The translations under genes were made by a program, and so were the position numbers. Of a DNA stretch of 64,000 bases, positions 20,714-31,756 are shown one piece after another. How positions within the stretch are numbered: the first letter of the stretch is position 1; every line of letters begins with the position of its first letter. The DNA is taken from assembly GCA_963765495.1 (NCBI GenBank), contig CAVXWP010000010.1:64001-128000 (forward strand), in the 5' to 3' direction. The stretch is from Blastocatellia bacterium (lineage in GTDB: Bacteria > Acidobacteriota > Blastocatellia > UBA7656). A model generated the notes under the pieces. That model made no database searches. It saw only the letters and a list, made by a program, of their open reading frames with translations, and had not been told where the DNA came from.

Positions 20714-23617
20714 TTAATTGTCATCCTTCGGAGCAGAACCCGATTCGTTGCGTGGAGACTCTTTTTTCTGCTCGCGCCGCTTGCCGTCTTTAATCATCGT
20801 AGGCGACATCTTCGTGCTCTGCCCGCGTGGCTCATCCTGTCTGTCTGCCTCACCCGAATCATAGCTGCTGCCGCTGCTCTGTTGATCTCGCGGCGTTGAA
20901 TAGCTGTCATCATAACCGCGCTTGTTGCCGCCTTCATCTTTTCTGATCGCGGCTGTGGCGTAGGTGTGGAGGTTGCACATATCCAGAGGCTCGTGGCCGA
21001 GTTTATAAGTGCGTTTCTCCACGTTTGGGCAGTAAGGCGTGGCGATCAAACCCGTGCGGGCGCAAACATCAAGCGTGATTTTGCTGTAGTCATACTTGGA
21101 ATCCTGATTCGGATCGGTGTAATTCCAGCCCTGATTATCCATATCATATGAATCAGGATACAGCCCTTCATCCAGATAAGCCTCCTGCTGATGACTGCAC
21201 ATAGAGTATGGCTCTGTGCCTGAAATAAAAATCTCTTTGCGATGCGAAGGGCATTCGGGCCCGGCCAATAAACCCGTAGTCGGATCAATATCAGCCGATG
21301 TAATCCCGCCGGGTCGAGCAAACGAATCGCCTCCCAGATCGTGACGAATCTCGGTGGCCTCCTTGACGAAATCTGCCCAGATTGGGAGAGCCGATTCGGA
21401 AGCCTTCAGTCCTAAATCTCGATTGTCATCAAATCCTACCCAGACGGCGCAAACCATGTTTGGCGTATATCCGACGAACCAGCCGTCACGCGAAGTACCC
21501 GTCTTTCCAGCCGCCGCGCCTTTCACACCCATTGCCCGGGCATGCGCCGCCGTCCCTGAATTGACCACAGATTCGAGGAAGTCAGTAACGATGTAGGCGA
21601 CCTGTTGTGAAAAAACTCGAACAGAGGTGGCTGAAACGGGCCTGGAGTTTTCATTTGCCGTACCCGCGCTGATGTCTTTGATAGGAATCGGTCGCAAGGC
21701 CAGACCCTGATTTGCAAAAGCCGTGTATGCGCCCGCCATTTGCAGCGGAGTCGCTTCGCTTGTGCCGAGCGCCATCGAAGGGTAGGTGCGCGGACGGTCA
21801 AGCCCGCACTCTTCCGCTACATCGGCGATGCCGCCAAGCCCTACGCGGAGAGCCAGTTCGACGGCGGGCACATTGAGCGACCGGGTCAGCGCCTCACGCA
21901 GGGTCACATCTCTATTCGTGAAACCGCCATGATAATCATTTGGGTTATATTCTTCGCGCCCTCCATCGTATGAAAATGTCTGCGGACGATCAGAAAGCAG
22001 GGTTGCCGGTGTGTAAGAACGCATTGAAAGCGCGCTCGCATACACAAAAGGCTTGAAGGACGAACCCGGCTGCCGACGGGCGTCGGTCGCGCGATTTAGC
22101 TGACTCTCTGCGTAGTTGCGCCCGCCTACCATCGCAAGCACCTCTCCCGTATGAGCATCTATCGCTACGAGCGCCGCCTGCACCCGTGGGCTTTCGCCGC
22201 CTTTTCGAGTGGAGCGCGCAAGAACTTTATCAAGCTTCGCCGCGTGGTTTGTCACCGCTTCATAGGCGGCGCGTTGCAGGCGCGGGTCCATAGTCGTATT
22301 TATTCGGCGAGAGGCAAGCTCCGTATCGCCGTACCGATCTTCGGTGAATCTCTGCGCATAATCTATGAAATAGTTTGTGCCGTAGCTATCCTGAGATGTG
22401 CGTTCTTTGAGCGCAATCTGGGCCGTTTTAGCGGCCTCTGATTGCTCGGATGTAATAGCCCCTGTGCTTACCATAGCGTCCAGCACATCATTACGACGCT
22501 CGGTGGCAAGCTTCATATCACGATGCAGGGTATAACGGTTTGGCGCGTGGATCAGCCCCGCAAGAAATGCCGACTCGCTCAGAGTCAGGTCAGACAACTG
22601 CTTGCCGAAATATACCTGCGCCGCTTCCGCGAAACCGTGTATCGCAAAGGTTCCGTTCTGACCGAGATAAACATTGTTAAAATAGAGCGTGAATATTTCC
22701 TGTTTTGATAGTCTGGATTCGAGTATGACGGCCATCGAGGCCTCTTTCAATTTACGCGTCAGAGTTCGGTCGCTGGTAAGGACGGCATTTTTTATAAGCT
22801 GTTGAGTTATTGTCGATCCCCCCTGCACTATTTCGCCTTCGTGAATATCCTGCCATAGCGCGCGCGCGATTCCGCGCCAGTCAATACCGCCGTGAGAGAA
22901 GAATCGCCTGTCTTCGACGGCTACCATCGCATCGCGGAGATTGGCCGGAATATCAGAGAATCGAACGCTGGTCTTTTTTCTCCGGTCGCCGTTTTCGACC
23001 GAAGCCAGAAGCTCGCCTTCTATCTCTGCGCTGCTCAGTTTCTTGTTGTTTATGGGGCTTGTGAGTGAAGCGATCTTTCCATTCTTGTCTATTTCAAGGC
23101 GAACGGGATAGAGGCCAAGCCGGATAGCGGATTTACGCGCGGGCCTGATCTCGATATCGTTCCCGTCAATCCAATATGTGCCTAATGCGCCCTGCCCGTC
23201 TTCATCCTGTCTCTGCTGATAACCGGCTGCTTCAAGATATTGGCTCAACTCTTCGATAGGAAGTTTATCGCCTACAGATACCTTGAAGGGCGAAGAGAAT
23301 ATGCCTACCGCGTTGTCGAAGAAACCCACTTCGAGGCGTTCGTCGATTTCTCGGGAAAATATGTTGTAGTAGTAAACGCCCAGAGATAAAAAGGCGAGAG
23401 CAATAACGCCGAAAACCACCATCACCTTTGGTTGTATGAGGCGCGATCCGATCAGTTTTATTCTTGTTGGGACGTGCGATTTGAAGCGGGCAAAAGATTC
23501 GCTCAATACATCCCAGCCATACCATCCCGCGTGCGCTGCCGATGAGTTATGAGCGACTACGGTACGTGGCGACCGCTTTCCGTCTTTACCTGATCTGACC
23601 TTGCTTGCCAGTTCCAT
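20714..23617 (-). CDS. Class A penicillin-binding protein (PBP1A/1B family, transglycosylase + transpeptidase)
   Basis: EDRRFFSHGGID, GGSTITQQLIKN, RKLKE, PGSSFKP (SxxK), SLN, KTGT; N-terminal TM anchor. Confidence 0.94.
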   Translation of the reverse strand: MELASKVRSGKDGKRSPRTVVAHNSSAAHAGWYGWDVLSESFARFKSHVPTRIKLIGSRLIQPKVMVVFGVIALAFLSLGVYYYNIFSREIDERLEVGFFDNAVGIFSSPFKVSVGDKLPIEELSQYLEAAGYQQRQDEDGQGALGTYWIDGNDIEIRPARKSAIRLGLYPVRLEIDKNGKIASLTSPINNKKLSSAEIEGELLASVENGDRRKKTSVRFSDIPANLRDAMVAVEDRRFFSHGGIDWRGIARALWQDIHEGEIVQGGSTITQQLIKNAVLTSDRTLTRKLKEASMAVILESRLSKQEIFTLYFNNVYLGQNGTFAIHGFAEAAQVYFGKQLSDLTLSESAFLAGLIHAPNRYTLHRDMKLATERRNDVLDAMVSTGAITSEQSEAAKTAQIALKERTSQDSYGTNYFIDYAQRFTEDRYGDTELASRRINTTMDPRLQRAAYEAVTNHAAKLDKVLARSTRKGGESPRVQAALVAIDAHTGEVLAMVGGRNYAESQLNRATDARRQPGSSFKPFVYASALSMRSYTPATLLSDRPQTFSYDGGREEYNPNDYHGGFTNRDVTLREALTRSLNVPAVELALRVGLGGIADVAEECGLDRPRTYPSMALGTSEATPLQMAGAYTAFANQGLALRPIPIKDISAGTANENSRPVSATSVRVFSQQVAYIVTDFLESVVNSGTAAHARAMGVKGAAAGKTGTSRDGWFVGYTPNMVCAVWVGFDDNRDLGLKASESALPIWADFVKEATEIRHDLGGDSFARPGGITSADIDPTTGLLAGPECPSHRKEIFISGTEPYSMCSHQQEAYLDEGLYPDSYDMDNQGWNYTDPNQDSKYDYSKITLDVCARTGLIATPYCPNVEKRTYKLGHEPLDMCNLHTYATAAIRKDEGGNKRGYDDSYSTPRDQQSSGSSYDSGEADRQDEPRGQSTKMSPTMIKDGKRREQKKESPRNESGSAPKDDN

Positions 23618-23808
23618 TTACTACCCTCCCCTTCTTGCTTTTTGCAACGATTGTGCCAGCAAGCGACCGAAAGGGATAAACACGAAAACAGGCAGTTTTA
23701 GGGGGAATTTTGATGTAGAAATGTTTTTTAAAGTGCGTGAGGGGCGATCACAATGCACTCGAACAATACATACGCAAGGTATGTATTCAAATGCAATATT
23801 GAATCAGA

Positions 23809-24756
23809 TCAGTAATACCGGCCAGGTGCAGTCTTCGACAAATTATTTATGTATCGGTCGGCAGAGATCGCGGCGATCACGCCTTCTGCGGCTGAGACCA
23901 CGGCCTGCTTCAGTTGAGTGCATGTCATATCGCCTACGGCAAAAACACCGTCAATCGGTATGGATTGATCGCGCGAGTTGTTTATGCAGCCGCCGTCACC
24001 AAGCGGGATCGCATCGTTTAAGAACTTTGTGCTCGGCTTGTTGCCCTCCAGATAGATAAACGCGCCGGTTACGGGGATCTTCTGTTCTTCGCCGCCGCGC
24101 TCGGCTACGTCAATGGCGTTTACAGCCCCCTCTCCATTTATGCGCGTCAATTTGAGGTTTGGCATCAACTCGATCTTCTCTTCGCCTTTGACTTTCTCTA
24201 CTAACTCGGCGCTTGCTTTGAGATCAGAAGACGGGTAGACGAGTTTTACCGACCGGGCATAACGAGTCAGAAACAACGCTTCTTCAAGCGCGTGATCGTC
24301 GAAACCGACTACCGCGACGTCTTCCTGTTTGAAGAAAGCTCCGTCGCACGTACCGCAATAGCTTACACCCCGGCCCAAAAACTCATCTTCGCCCGGCACT
24401 TTATTTTTTCGCTCGTGCGCGCCTGTCGCCAGTATCACGGCTTTTGTCTGATATGTATTGCTTGTAAAGATGGTCTTCGGGTTGCTCGTAAGATCAACGC
24501 CTATGACCTGCTCCTGAACAAAGCGAGCGCCAAACTGCTCGGCCTGTCGTCGCATCCGGCGAAGAAGTTCCAGCCCGCTGATCTCTTCGGGTACGCCGGG
24601 GTAATTGACTATAACCGAGGCGGCGGCAAGCGCGCCGCTCATGATGTTTTTGTCTATAACCAGCGTCTTCAGATCGGCGCGCGCCGTATAGATGGCCGCA
24701 GAGGCCCCGCCCGGCCCACCTCCGATTATGATCACATCAAAAAGATTTTCTTCCAT
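23809..24756 (-). CDS. trxB: Thioredoxin reductase (FAD/NADPH disulfide reductase)
   Basis: IIGGGPGG, ATGA, GRGVSYCGTCDG (CxxC), GVFAVGD. Start ATG 24756; the longer ORF start lies inside a repeat. Confidence 0.88.
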   Translation of the reverse strand: MEENLFDVIIIGGGPGGASAAIYTARADLKTLVIDKNIMSGALAAASVIVNYPGVPEEISGLELLRRMRRQAEQFGARFVQEQVIGVDLTSNPKTIFTSNTYQTKAVILATGAHERKNKVPGEDEFLGRGVSYCGTCDGAFFKQEDVAVVGFDDHALEEALFLTRYARSVKLVYPSSDLKASAELVEKVKGEEKIELMPNLKLTRINGEGAVNAIDVAERGGEEQKIPVTGAFIYLEGNKPSTKFLNDAIPLGDGGCINNSRDQSIPIDGVFAVGDMTCTQLKQAVVSAAEGVIAAISADRYINNLSKTAPGRYY

Positions 24757-24795
24757 AGTCTTTTTCAACCCCAACTGCTCAATTAAGACAGCAGC

Positions 24796-24897
24796 AATAG
24801 ACCGCGGATGACGCGGATGCGGCGGATTCTCACTGATCAGACATATCAGGATCAGATCCGCGAAAATCCGCCGCATCCGCGTCATCCGCGGTCTATT
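24796..24897. repeat. 102-bp palindromic element with 9-nt periodic arms, family D
   Basis: AATAGACCGCGGATGACGCGGATGCGGCGGATT...AATCCGCCGCATCCGCGTCATCCGCGGTCTATT; a half copy lies at about 32994-33036. Confidence 0.88.
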
Positions 24898-24953
24898 AAC
24901 ATGAGCTTTTCGACCCGGTTCACTTCCACCGACATCTGGCGGGCTAATTCAAC

Positions 24954-26816
24954 TTATTCGACCGTCACGGATTTGGCCAGGTTGCGCGGTTGGTCCACGT
25001 CGCAGCCCCGGCGCACGCCTATGTGATAGGCCAGTAACTGAAGCGGGACTACGGCAAGTATCGGTGAGATCAAATCCGAGGCTTCCGGTATCTCGATTAC
25101 GTGATCGGCCACCTGATGTGCCTCCGTATCGCCTTCGCTTGCGATGGCTATCACTACGCCGTCGCGGGCTTTCACTTCGACCATATTCGAAAGCGTCTTT
25201 TCGAATCGCAGCTTTGACGATTCGCTCGTTTCATCGCGGGTGGCGATAACGACCACGGGCAGTTCTTCATCAATCAAGGCGTTAGGCCCGTGTTTCATCT
25301 CGCCCGCCGGATAGCCTTCGGCGTGGATGTAGGAGATCTCTTTGAGCTTGAGCGCGCCTTCAAGTGCTATGGGGAAATTGATGCCGCGACCGAGATAGAG
25401 GAAATCATGCGCGCGATGAAACTCACGCGCAAGCAGTTCGAGTTCGTCGTCGGCCCCAAGCAGGGATTCCATCTTGACCGGCAGGCTGTTGAGGGCGCGC
25501 ATGTGATGAAGCGACTCATCATCGGAAATCATCCCGCGTTGCTGCGCCATAAACAGAGCTACCAGATAAAGGACGGTCATCTGAGAGGTGAAGGCTTTTG
25601 TTGAAGCGACTCCGATCTCAGGCCCCGCGTGCGTCAGTATAGTACCGTTTGATTCGCGTGTGAGCATCGAGCCCTGTACATTGCAGACCGCGAGTATCTT
25701 TGCGCCCTTCTCTTTTGACTCGCGCACGGCGGCGATGGTATCGGCCGTTTCGCCCGATTGCGAGATGGCTATAACGAGAGTCTTATCGTCAAGAATCGGA
25801 TCGCGGTATCGAAACTCCGAGGCGTAATCAATCTCTACAGGAATGCGCGCCAGTTCTTCAAGCATGTACTTCCCGGCCATCGCGGCGTGCAGACTGGTTC
25901 CGCAGGCTATGATTTTGACCGATGTGAATTTGCGGAATTCTTCGGCGTCTATCTCCATCTCGTCGAGGTAGACGCGGCCCGTTTCCTGCGAAAGGCGGCC
26001 AACGATTGTGTCACGCACGGCGCGTGGCTGCTCATAGATTTCCTTGAGCATGTAGTGTTTGAATCCGCCTTTTTCGGCCATGATCGGGTCCCACGTGATG
26101 CGCTGCACATCGGGAGTCACCGAGTTGCCTTCGAAATCGGTGACGGTCACGCCTTCGCGGGTGAGGACGGCCATCTCGCCGTCGCCGAGAAAAAACACGT
26201 CGCGGGTGTGATAAAGCACGGGCGGTATGTCGGATGCGACGAAGTATTCGTTCTGTCCTAGCCCTATGACGATTGGCGGGCCCTGCCGCACGGCGATGAT
26301 CTTTTCCGGCTCGTCGGCAGACATTATCGCAAGGGCGAATATGCCTTTCAGGTCGGCGGTTGCGCGCTCGACGGCCGCTTCCAGATTTTCCGCCCCGGCT
26401 CTCAGATATTTCTCGATCAGGTGAGCTATAACCTCGGTGTCCGTCTCGGTTACCATCCGATGGTCTTCGGACAGGAGTTCGCGTTTGAGCGGGAGGAAGT
26501 TTTCTATGATGCCGTTATGGACTACGACTATGCGGCCCGAGCAATCGCGGTGAGGGTGGGCGTTTTCTTCCGTCGGACGACCGTGAGTTGCCCAGCGAGT
26601 GTGGCCCACACCATAGGTTCCGTCGAGCGGGTGGAGCCGGACAGCCTCTTCCAGATTGCGCAGCTTTCCCGAAGCCCGGCGAACTTCCATGTCTCCGCGC
26701 TCGTCAACGACGGCGATGCCCGCCGAATCGTAGCCGCGATATTCCAGTTTCTTGAGCCCGTCGAGTATGACTCCTACAACTTGCTTATCACCAACGTAAC
26801 CGACTATGCCACACAT
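24954..26816 (-). CDS. glmS: Glutamine--fructose-6-phosphate transaminase (isomerizing)
   Basis: [43 protein letters not shown]. Confidence 0.98.
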   Translation of the reverse strand: MCGIVGYVGDKQVVGVILDGLKKLEYRGYDSAGIAVVDERGDMEVRRASGKLRNLEEAVRLHPLDGTYGVGHTRWATHGRPTEENAHPHRDCSGRIVVVHNGIIENFLPLKRELLSEDHRMVTETDTEVIAHLIEKYLRAGAENLEAAVERATADLKGIFALAIMSADEPEKIIAVRQGPPIVIGLGQNEYFVASDIPPVLYHTRDVFFLGDGEMAVLTREGVTVTDFEGNSVTPDVQRITWDPIMAEKGGFKHYMLKEIYEQPRAVRDTIVGRLSQETGRVYLDEMEIDAEEFRKFTSVKIIACGTSLHAAMAGKYMLEELARIPVEIDYASEFRYRDPILDDKTLVIAISQSGETADTIAAVRESKEKGAKILAVCNVQGSMLTRESNGTILTHAGPEIGVASTKAFTSQMTVLYLVALFMAQQRGMISDDESLHHMRALNSLPVKMESLLGADDELELLAREFHRAHDFLYLGRGINFPIALEGALKLKEISYIHAEGYPAGEMKHGPNALIDEELPVVVIATRDETSESSKLRFEKTLSNMVEVKARDGVVIAIASEGDTEAHQVADHVIEIPEASDLISPILAVVPLQLLAYHIGVRRGCDVDQPRNLAKSVTVE

Positions 26817-26822
26817 AAATCA

Positions 26823-28226
26823 TTATCCTTTCACATTCTTCTTAATCACGGCGGGGACGCCTACGGCGAGTGAATCGGGGGGAACATCTTTAGTCACGAC
26901 CGCGCCTGCGCCCGTCTTTGATCCGCGCCCGATTCGCACAGGGGCCACAAGCATCGTATCGCTTCCGATCTTCACATCATCTTCGATGATAGTTTCGTGC
27001 TTTCGCGTGCCGTCATAGTTGCACGTAACGGTTCCCGCGCCTATGTTTACGTTATCGCCAAGCGTCGCATCCCCCAGATAAGTCAGGTGAGAAGATTTTG
27101 TGCCCCTCCCGATCTTCGACTTCTTCACTTCTACGAAATTACCAATGGCGGCTTTTTCCCCGATTTCGGCACTCATTCGCAGGCGTGAGAACGGCCCTAT
27201 GGTCGCCTTGTCGTGAATTATCGAGTCTTCGATCACGCTCGAATTCCTTATGGTGACTCCCTCGCCTATCTGAACATTCCTGAGCCGCGTCCACGATTGA
27301 ATCACACAATCGCTTCCGATCCGGCTCGCTCCTTCGATGATAACCTGCGGATATATGATGGTATCCTGACCGATCTTTACGTCCTGATGGATGTAGGTCG
27401 TAGCCGGATCAATCAAGGTAACGCCCGCAAGCATCAACTCGCGCAGTTTCTCTTCGCGCACCTTGCGCTCCAATCCGGCAAGCTCAACGCGGGTATTGAC
27501 TCCCTGAACCTCTTCGGCGCTCGTATGACAAAACACCCCGACTCGCCTGTCGCGCTCACGCATCAATTGCGGCACATCGGTCAGATAATATTCGCCCTGC
27601 GCGTTGTCTGTGGTCAGGTGGTCGAGCGCCTCAAGCAGGGCCTCTATATCAAAACAATAGATGCTGACACCGACCTCGCGCACGGCAAGCTCGTCGGGCG
27701 AGGCGTCTTTTTGCTCGACCACGCGCAGGAATCGCCCCTCTTTGTCACGGATGATGCGTCCGTACCCGGTAGGGTCATCCATTTGCACGGTCAGGACGGT
27801 CGCGCTGTTTTGCTCCGACTCGTGAATAGAGGCGAGGCGGCTGAGCGTTTCGGCCCTTATCATAGGCCCGTCGCCTGCCAGTATGATGAGTGATCCGCTT
27901 CGATTTTTGAGCGCGTCTCGCGCAGCCATCACGGCGTGCCCGGTCCCGCGCTGTTCGGTTTGCAGGGCGAAGTGGAGCCGAGGCCCGGCGGTGGCGCTTC
28001 TCTCTTCAAGCCGCGCAATCTGATCGCGCACCGCCTGCTCCACCTGTTCGGCCTGATAACCGACTATCGTTATGAGCGCGTCGGGTGATGTCTCGAATGC
28101 CGCGCGCGTTACATGAGAAACAAGCGGAAGCCCCGCCAGTTCGTGAAGCACTTTGGCCCGGCGCGACTTCATGCGAGTGCCGAGCCCGGCCGCTAAGATC
28201 ATTACATCGGTCATAGTTCGATCCAT
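26823..28226 (-). CDS. glmU: Bifunctional UDP-GlcNAc pyrophosphorylase/glucosamine-1-P acetyltransferase
   Basis: LAAGLGTRMKS, QRGTGHAV, GYGRI, EYYLTD, hexapeptide repeats, CNYDG. Confidence 0.96.
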   Translation of the reverse strand: MDRTMTDVMILAAGLGTRMKSRRAKVLHELAGLPLVSHVTRAAFETSPDALITIVGYQAEQVEQAVRDQIARLEERSATAGPRLHFALQTEQRGTGHAVMAARDALKNRSGSLIILAGDGPMIRAETLSRLASIHESEQNSATVLTVQMDDPTGYGRIIRDKEGRFLRVVEQKDASPDELAVREVGVSIYCFDIEALLEALDHLTTDNAQGEYYLTDVPQLMRERDRRVGVFCHTSAEEVQGVNTRVELAGLERKVREEKLRELMLAGVTLIDPATTYIHQDVKIGQDTIIYPQVIIEGASRIGSDCVIQSWTRLRNVQIGEGVTIRNSSVIEDSIIHDKATIGPFSRLRMSAEIGEKAAIGNFVEVKKSKIGRGTKSSHLTYLGDATLGDNVNIGAGTVTCNYDGTRKHETIIEDDVKIGSDTMLVAPVRIGRGSKTGAGAVVTKDVPPDSLAVGVPAVIKKNVKG

Positions 28227-28234
28227 ATTGAGTT

Positions 28235-28332
28235 ATTCGTGATTCGTGATTCGTGATTCGTGATTTTGCAGGTTTGCAAGCGGTCTCTATCTGGCAGCCT
28301 ACTTGAAAGTCACGGATCACGCATCACGCATC
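28235..28332. repeat. Family A heptamer-armed palindromic element
   Basis: (ATTCGTG)x4...AAGTCACGGA TCACGCA TCACGCA, between yvcK and glmU. Confidence 0.85.
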
Positions 28333-28336
28333 CGTG

Positions 28337-29413
28337 CTAATTTGTCAGGCACGCCCACTTGCTTTCTACGCGATTCATTTCCAGAAGGAGACGAGCGAGT
28401 TTGTGCGGGTCGTGGCGCACCACGCAGTTCTGGTTGAGCAGATCGCCGCAGATAACGCGAAAAGGTCGCCGTTCTTCTCCATCAATGCTTACTGGTGCCT
28501 GTGGATCGCGAGCAAGCGCGCGGCTCAGTTCCGGCCCGAACTCAACCGAGACAGCGCCGTCGGCCAGATATTTTTCGAGCAATTCGTGATTGATCGAGGC
28601 GGAATTGACTATCACATAATCAAGTTCCAATTGTGGCGCGTAATCGAAAAGCGCCCGCAAATGGTCTTCAACGCTGAAGCCATCGGTCTCGCCCGGCTGG
28701 GTCATTACATTGCAGATGTATACCTTCACCGCGTTGGAATCGCATATAGCCTCAACGATTCCGTCAACAAGCAGATTGGGAATGATCGATGTGTAGAGCG
28801 ACCCCGGCCCCAGAGTGACAATGTTTGCCTGAGAGATGGCTTCGAGCGTTTCCGGCAGCGGCATACATTTTTCTTTTGACAGCCGCAAACGCTTCAGACG
28901 CGAGCGCGTTTCCACGATTCTGGTCTCCCCTTCAATCTGGCTGCCGTCTTCAAACTCGGCTACAAGTTTGACATCATCCATAGTGGAGGGAAAGATTCGC
29001 CCCTTTATGGCGAGCACTTCGCTTGTAACCTTGATGGCTTCCAGAAAATCTCCCGTGACACCCGCAAGCGCCGTAAGAAAGAGATTGCCGAAACTGTGCC
29101 CCGACAGATGCCCGTCGGATTCGAAGCGGTACTGCAAGAGCCTTGTGAGCAGATGCTCATCTTCGGCCAGGGCTACCATGCAGTTGCGTATGTCGCCCGG
29201 CGGCAGTATTTGAAATTCTTCGCGCAATCGGCCGGAGCTTCCGCCGTCGTCGGTTACCGTAACTACTGCGGTCAATGTCTCAACCCAGGGTCCGTCCACC
29301 TGTTGAGTCAAATGCGGTATGACGTAATTTTTAAGCCCGGAAAGCAGAGAAGATAGACCTGTGCCTCCTCCAATAGAAACAAGTTTCAATCCAAAGTAAT
29401 TCCCGTCAGACAT
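28337..29413 (-). CDS. yvcK: YvcK/GlmR-family (CofD-like) UDP-GlcNAc-binding protein
   Basis: IGGGTGLS, TVTDDGGSSGRLR, PPGDIRNC, GHSFGNL, GPGSLYTSIIPNLLV, RHDP; start ATG 29413. Confidence 0.9.
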   Translation of the reverse strand: MSDGNYFGLKLVSIGGGTGLSSLLSGLKNYVIPHLTQQVDGPWVETLTAVVTVTDDGGSSGRLREEFQILPPGDIRNCMVALAEDEHLLTRLLQYRFESDGHLSGHSFGNLFLTALAGVTGDFLEAIKVTSEVLAIKGRIFPSTMDDVKLVAEFEDGSQIEGETRIVETRSRLKRLRLSKEKCMPLPETLEAISQANIVTLGPGSLYTSIIPNLLVDGIVEAICDSNAVKVYICNVMTQPGETDGFSVEDHLRALFDYAPQLELDYVIVNSASINHELLEKYLADGAVSVEFGPELSRALARDPQAPVSIDGEERRPFRVICGDLLNQNCVVRHDPHKLARLLLEMNRVESKWACLTN

Positions 29414-29441
29414 TTTGTAAACTCCCTGATCGAACCCGGGC

Positions 29442-30447
29442 TCAATCCTCATAGAGGTCCAAGCCATACCCCGTGAGTTGCTTGAAATCTTCGTTGTTGT
29501 GGAGGCCGGCAAAATCGCGATCACGCCGGGCGTGGGAACGGTGAACGGTTCGGAGGGCGATGGCGCGACGTAGAGCATTTAGCGCCTTTGGAACGTCGCT
29601 TATGCGGGCGTGGGCTGCGGCAAGCGAGTAGAGCACATAATCGGCGCGCGGGTCAGATTTAAGCGCCTTCTCGAATAGCTCGATAGATCCCCTGATATTG
29701 CCTCGGTTCATCTCAAAGACACCCCGATTATACAGAGCGTCGGAGTTGCGCGGGACCGGCGGCGTACTTGCAAGCTTCTGCTCGCAAATATTCAAATAAG
29801 TGCGCGCCCCGGCTATGACTTCGGCCTGATCGCCATATTTCGCCAGTATGTTTTCGAATATCGATTGGGCGGCCGAGTAATCCTGGCGATGGAAAAGCTT
29901 CAATCCCTGCTCAAAGGCGTGCACCGCGGCAATCGAATCAGGCGTGGGAGCCTTTTTCGGCTGCGCCTGCGCTCGGCTGGGAGTCTTCTTTGCAACTGCG
30001 GCTTTCTTGATTGCAGCCTTCTTAACTGCCGCCTTCTTAGCCGATGCTTTACCGGCGGTCGTTTTTCGGGCCGCTTCCTTTCGGGCAGGTGTGGCTGCCA
30101 CCGACTTCACGCTCTTCTTTTTGGAAGGGAGTCTTGTCGGGCCTGGCGGCTGCCTTTTTTGTCACAGCCTTTTTTGTCACAGCCTTTTTTGTCACAGCCT
30201 TTTTTGTCACAGCCTTTTTTGTCACAGCCTTTTTTGTGACTGTCTTCTTTACGGGAGCCGCGGATTTTTTAGTCGCTGTGGCGGTAGATTTTTTTGGTTT
30301 AGATTCTGTGGCTTTTTTTGCCTTCGGAGAAGCGGTGATTTTTCCGGGTCGCTGCGGCTTCTTTGTGGCCTTTTTGCCTTTTGTAGCACGAGCCTTCCTG
30401 GCGGCAGGAGAGCGGCTCTTATCGGCTTTTGTGCTAAGGCTACTCAT
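29442..30447 (-). CDS. Histone-H1-like Lys/Ala-rich N-terminus plus TPR domain, split by a single-base frameshift near 30130
   Basis: ORF 30049-30447 (GGAG RBS, KKAVT repeats) and ORF 29442-30110 (KKAA repeats + TPR helices) join into one frame if one base is removed at ACTCCCTTCCAAAAAG; the total span is 3n+1. Confidence 0.72.
30152..30241. repeat. 15-bp coding tandem repeat (GCCTTTTTTGTCACA)x5 plus one degenerate copy
   Basis: Directly visible; encodes VTKKA repeats on the minus strand. Confidence 0.95.
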
Positions 30448-30834
30448 TATCTCCTCAACGAATAGATTTGTACTTGCTGCGCCACTAAATCCTGCCCCTA
30501 CGCCAGTTTATGTGAAAACTTATATCAGTAATTCACACTCAAGTCAAGAAAATAGCTCCCCTCCTTCAGACCGTCAGATCAACACTGTTTCAATCGCAAA
30601 CTCGCATGAATGAAGACACAAAGATGATGCTAAACCCAGAAATAACAAAGATTAGCCCGACAAGGGTGAAGACCCTCAGATCGCACAGGATTTCACAGGA
30701 ATCAGCTAACCCCTAGTATCTAAAGCCCTAATCCCGGCAATTGCGGCTCGATTGAAGCACCTTTGCTATAAGCGTATAATTTGCAGCCAGTTAGCCGGGG
30801 CAAAGGAGGGATGCGGGTTTAGGGAGATAATTCT

Positions 30835-31680
30835 ATGAAAGATGCAGAAAATGTCGCGCCAGGCTCGCCTGAACATATAACTGCCACACCTCTTCCGCTC
30901 TCGGGGCGCACAGTTATGGTGACCAGAAACCGGTCGCAGGCAGGTGAAATCACCTCGCTGCTCGAAGGGCTTGGCGCGACCGTCACGCACTGTCCTACGA
31001 TAGAAGTGGTCGCGCCGGATGACTGGGCACCGCTTGATCGAGTCCTTGACGAGTTGAACCATTACGATTGGGCGATTTTCACAAGCGCCAACGGAGTAAG
31101 GTTCTTCCTGAAGAGACTGGTCGAAAAAAAGGGCGGCGCGGCCTCGTTTCCAGGCAATCTGTTGACCTGCGCCATAGGACCGGCTACGGCCGGGGCGATG
31201 ACCTCGTCAGGTTTTCGAGTCGATCTGATTCCCGATGAATCCGTAGCCGAAGGGGCGCTCAGGGCTATCATCGACCGGGCTGGGGGAGAGGAAAAGATTC
31301 GCGGGCTGAAATTCCTTTTGCCGAGAGCACGAGTGGCCAGAGATTACCTGCCCGCCGCGCTTGGCAGGCTTGGCGCTCAGGTTGATGCGGTCGAAGCATA
31401 CCAGACCGTTAAACCCGACATTGACGGCGAAGCGATTCTCAGCCGGATAAAAGAAGGCGGCATAAGCGCAATAACATTTACCAGTTCTTCGACCGTTTCT
31501 AATTTCGCAGACCTCGTCGGCTTGAAAGATTTATCAGTCCTGCTTAGAGATATTCGAGTCGCCTGCATAGGCCCGGTCACAGCCGCGACCGCCGCCCGAT
31601 ATGGCCTTGAAGAAGTAATTCAACCTGAAATTTATACGGCGGCTGCAATGGTAGAAGCGCTCCGACAGGCAATCGAATGA
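30835..31680 (+). CDS. hemD: Uroporphyrinogen-III synthase
   Basis: PLSGRTVMVTR, IFTSANGV, IGPATA, AYQTV, FTSSSTV, CIGPVTA. Confidence 0.92.
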   Translation: MKDAENVAPGSPEHITATPLPLSGRTVMVTRNRSQAGEITSLLEGLGATVTHCPTIEVVAPDDWAPLDRVLDELNHYDWAIFTSANGVRFFLKRLVEKKGGAASFPGNLLTCAIGPATAGAMTSSGFRVDLIPDESVAEGALRAIIDRAGGEEKIRGLKFLLPRARVARDYLPAALGRLGAQVDAVEAYQTVKPDIDGEAILSRIKEGGISAITFTSSSTVSNFADLVGLKDLSVLLRDIRVACIGPVTAATAARYGLEEVIQPEIYTAAAMVEALRQAIE

Positions 31681-31756
31681 TCTGTTGATCGAGAGATGTC
31701 TGCAATGTTGTTCCCGACCTCCGTTCATATGAACAGTCGCAGAGCGGAAAGTCTTT

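Noticed and set aside
23760-23811. Selenocysteine readthrough at the trxB TGA stop
   Set aside because: The protein is already full length, with no redox motif context or clear SECIS hairpin.
24757-24885. N-terminal extension of TrxB (similar cases at 6834-6959 and 41401-41454)
   Set aside because: These extensions are translations of palindromic or heptamer repeat DNA; better starts lie downstream.
26817-26830. glmS ribozyme
   Set aside because: glmS starts 6 nt after the glmU stop, leaving no room for a leader RNA.
29865-30613. Plus-strand ORFs with FCHSL / FVTAF / SQPFL repeats
   Set aside because: They are alternative readings of the 15-bp repeat; the minus-strand Lys-rich frame has the RBS and the operon context.
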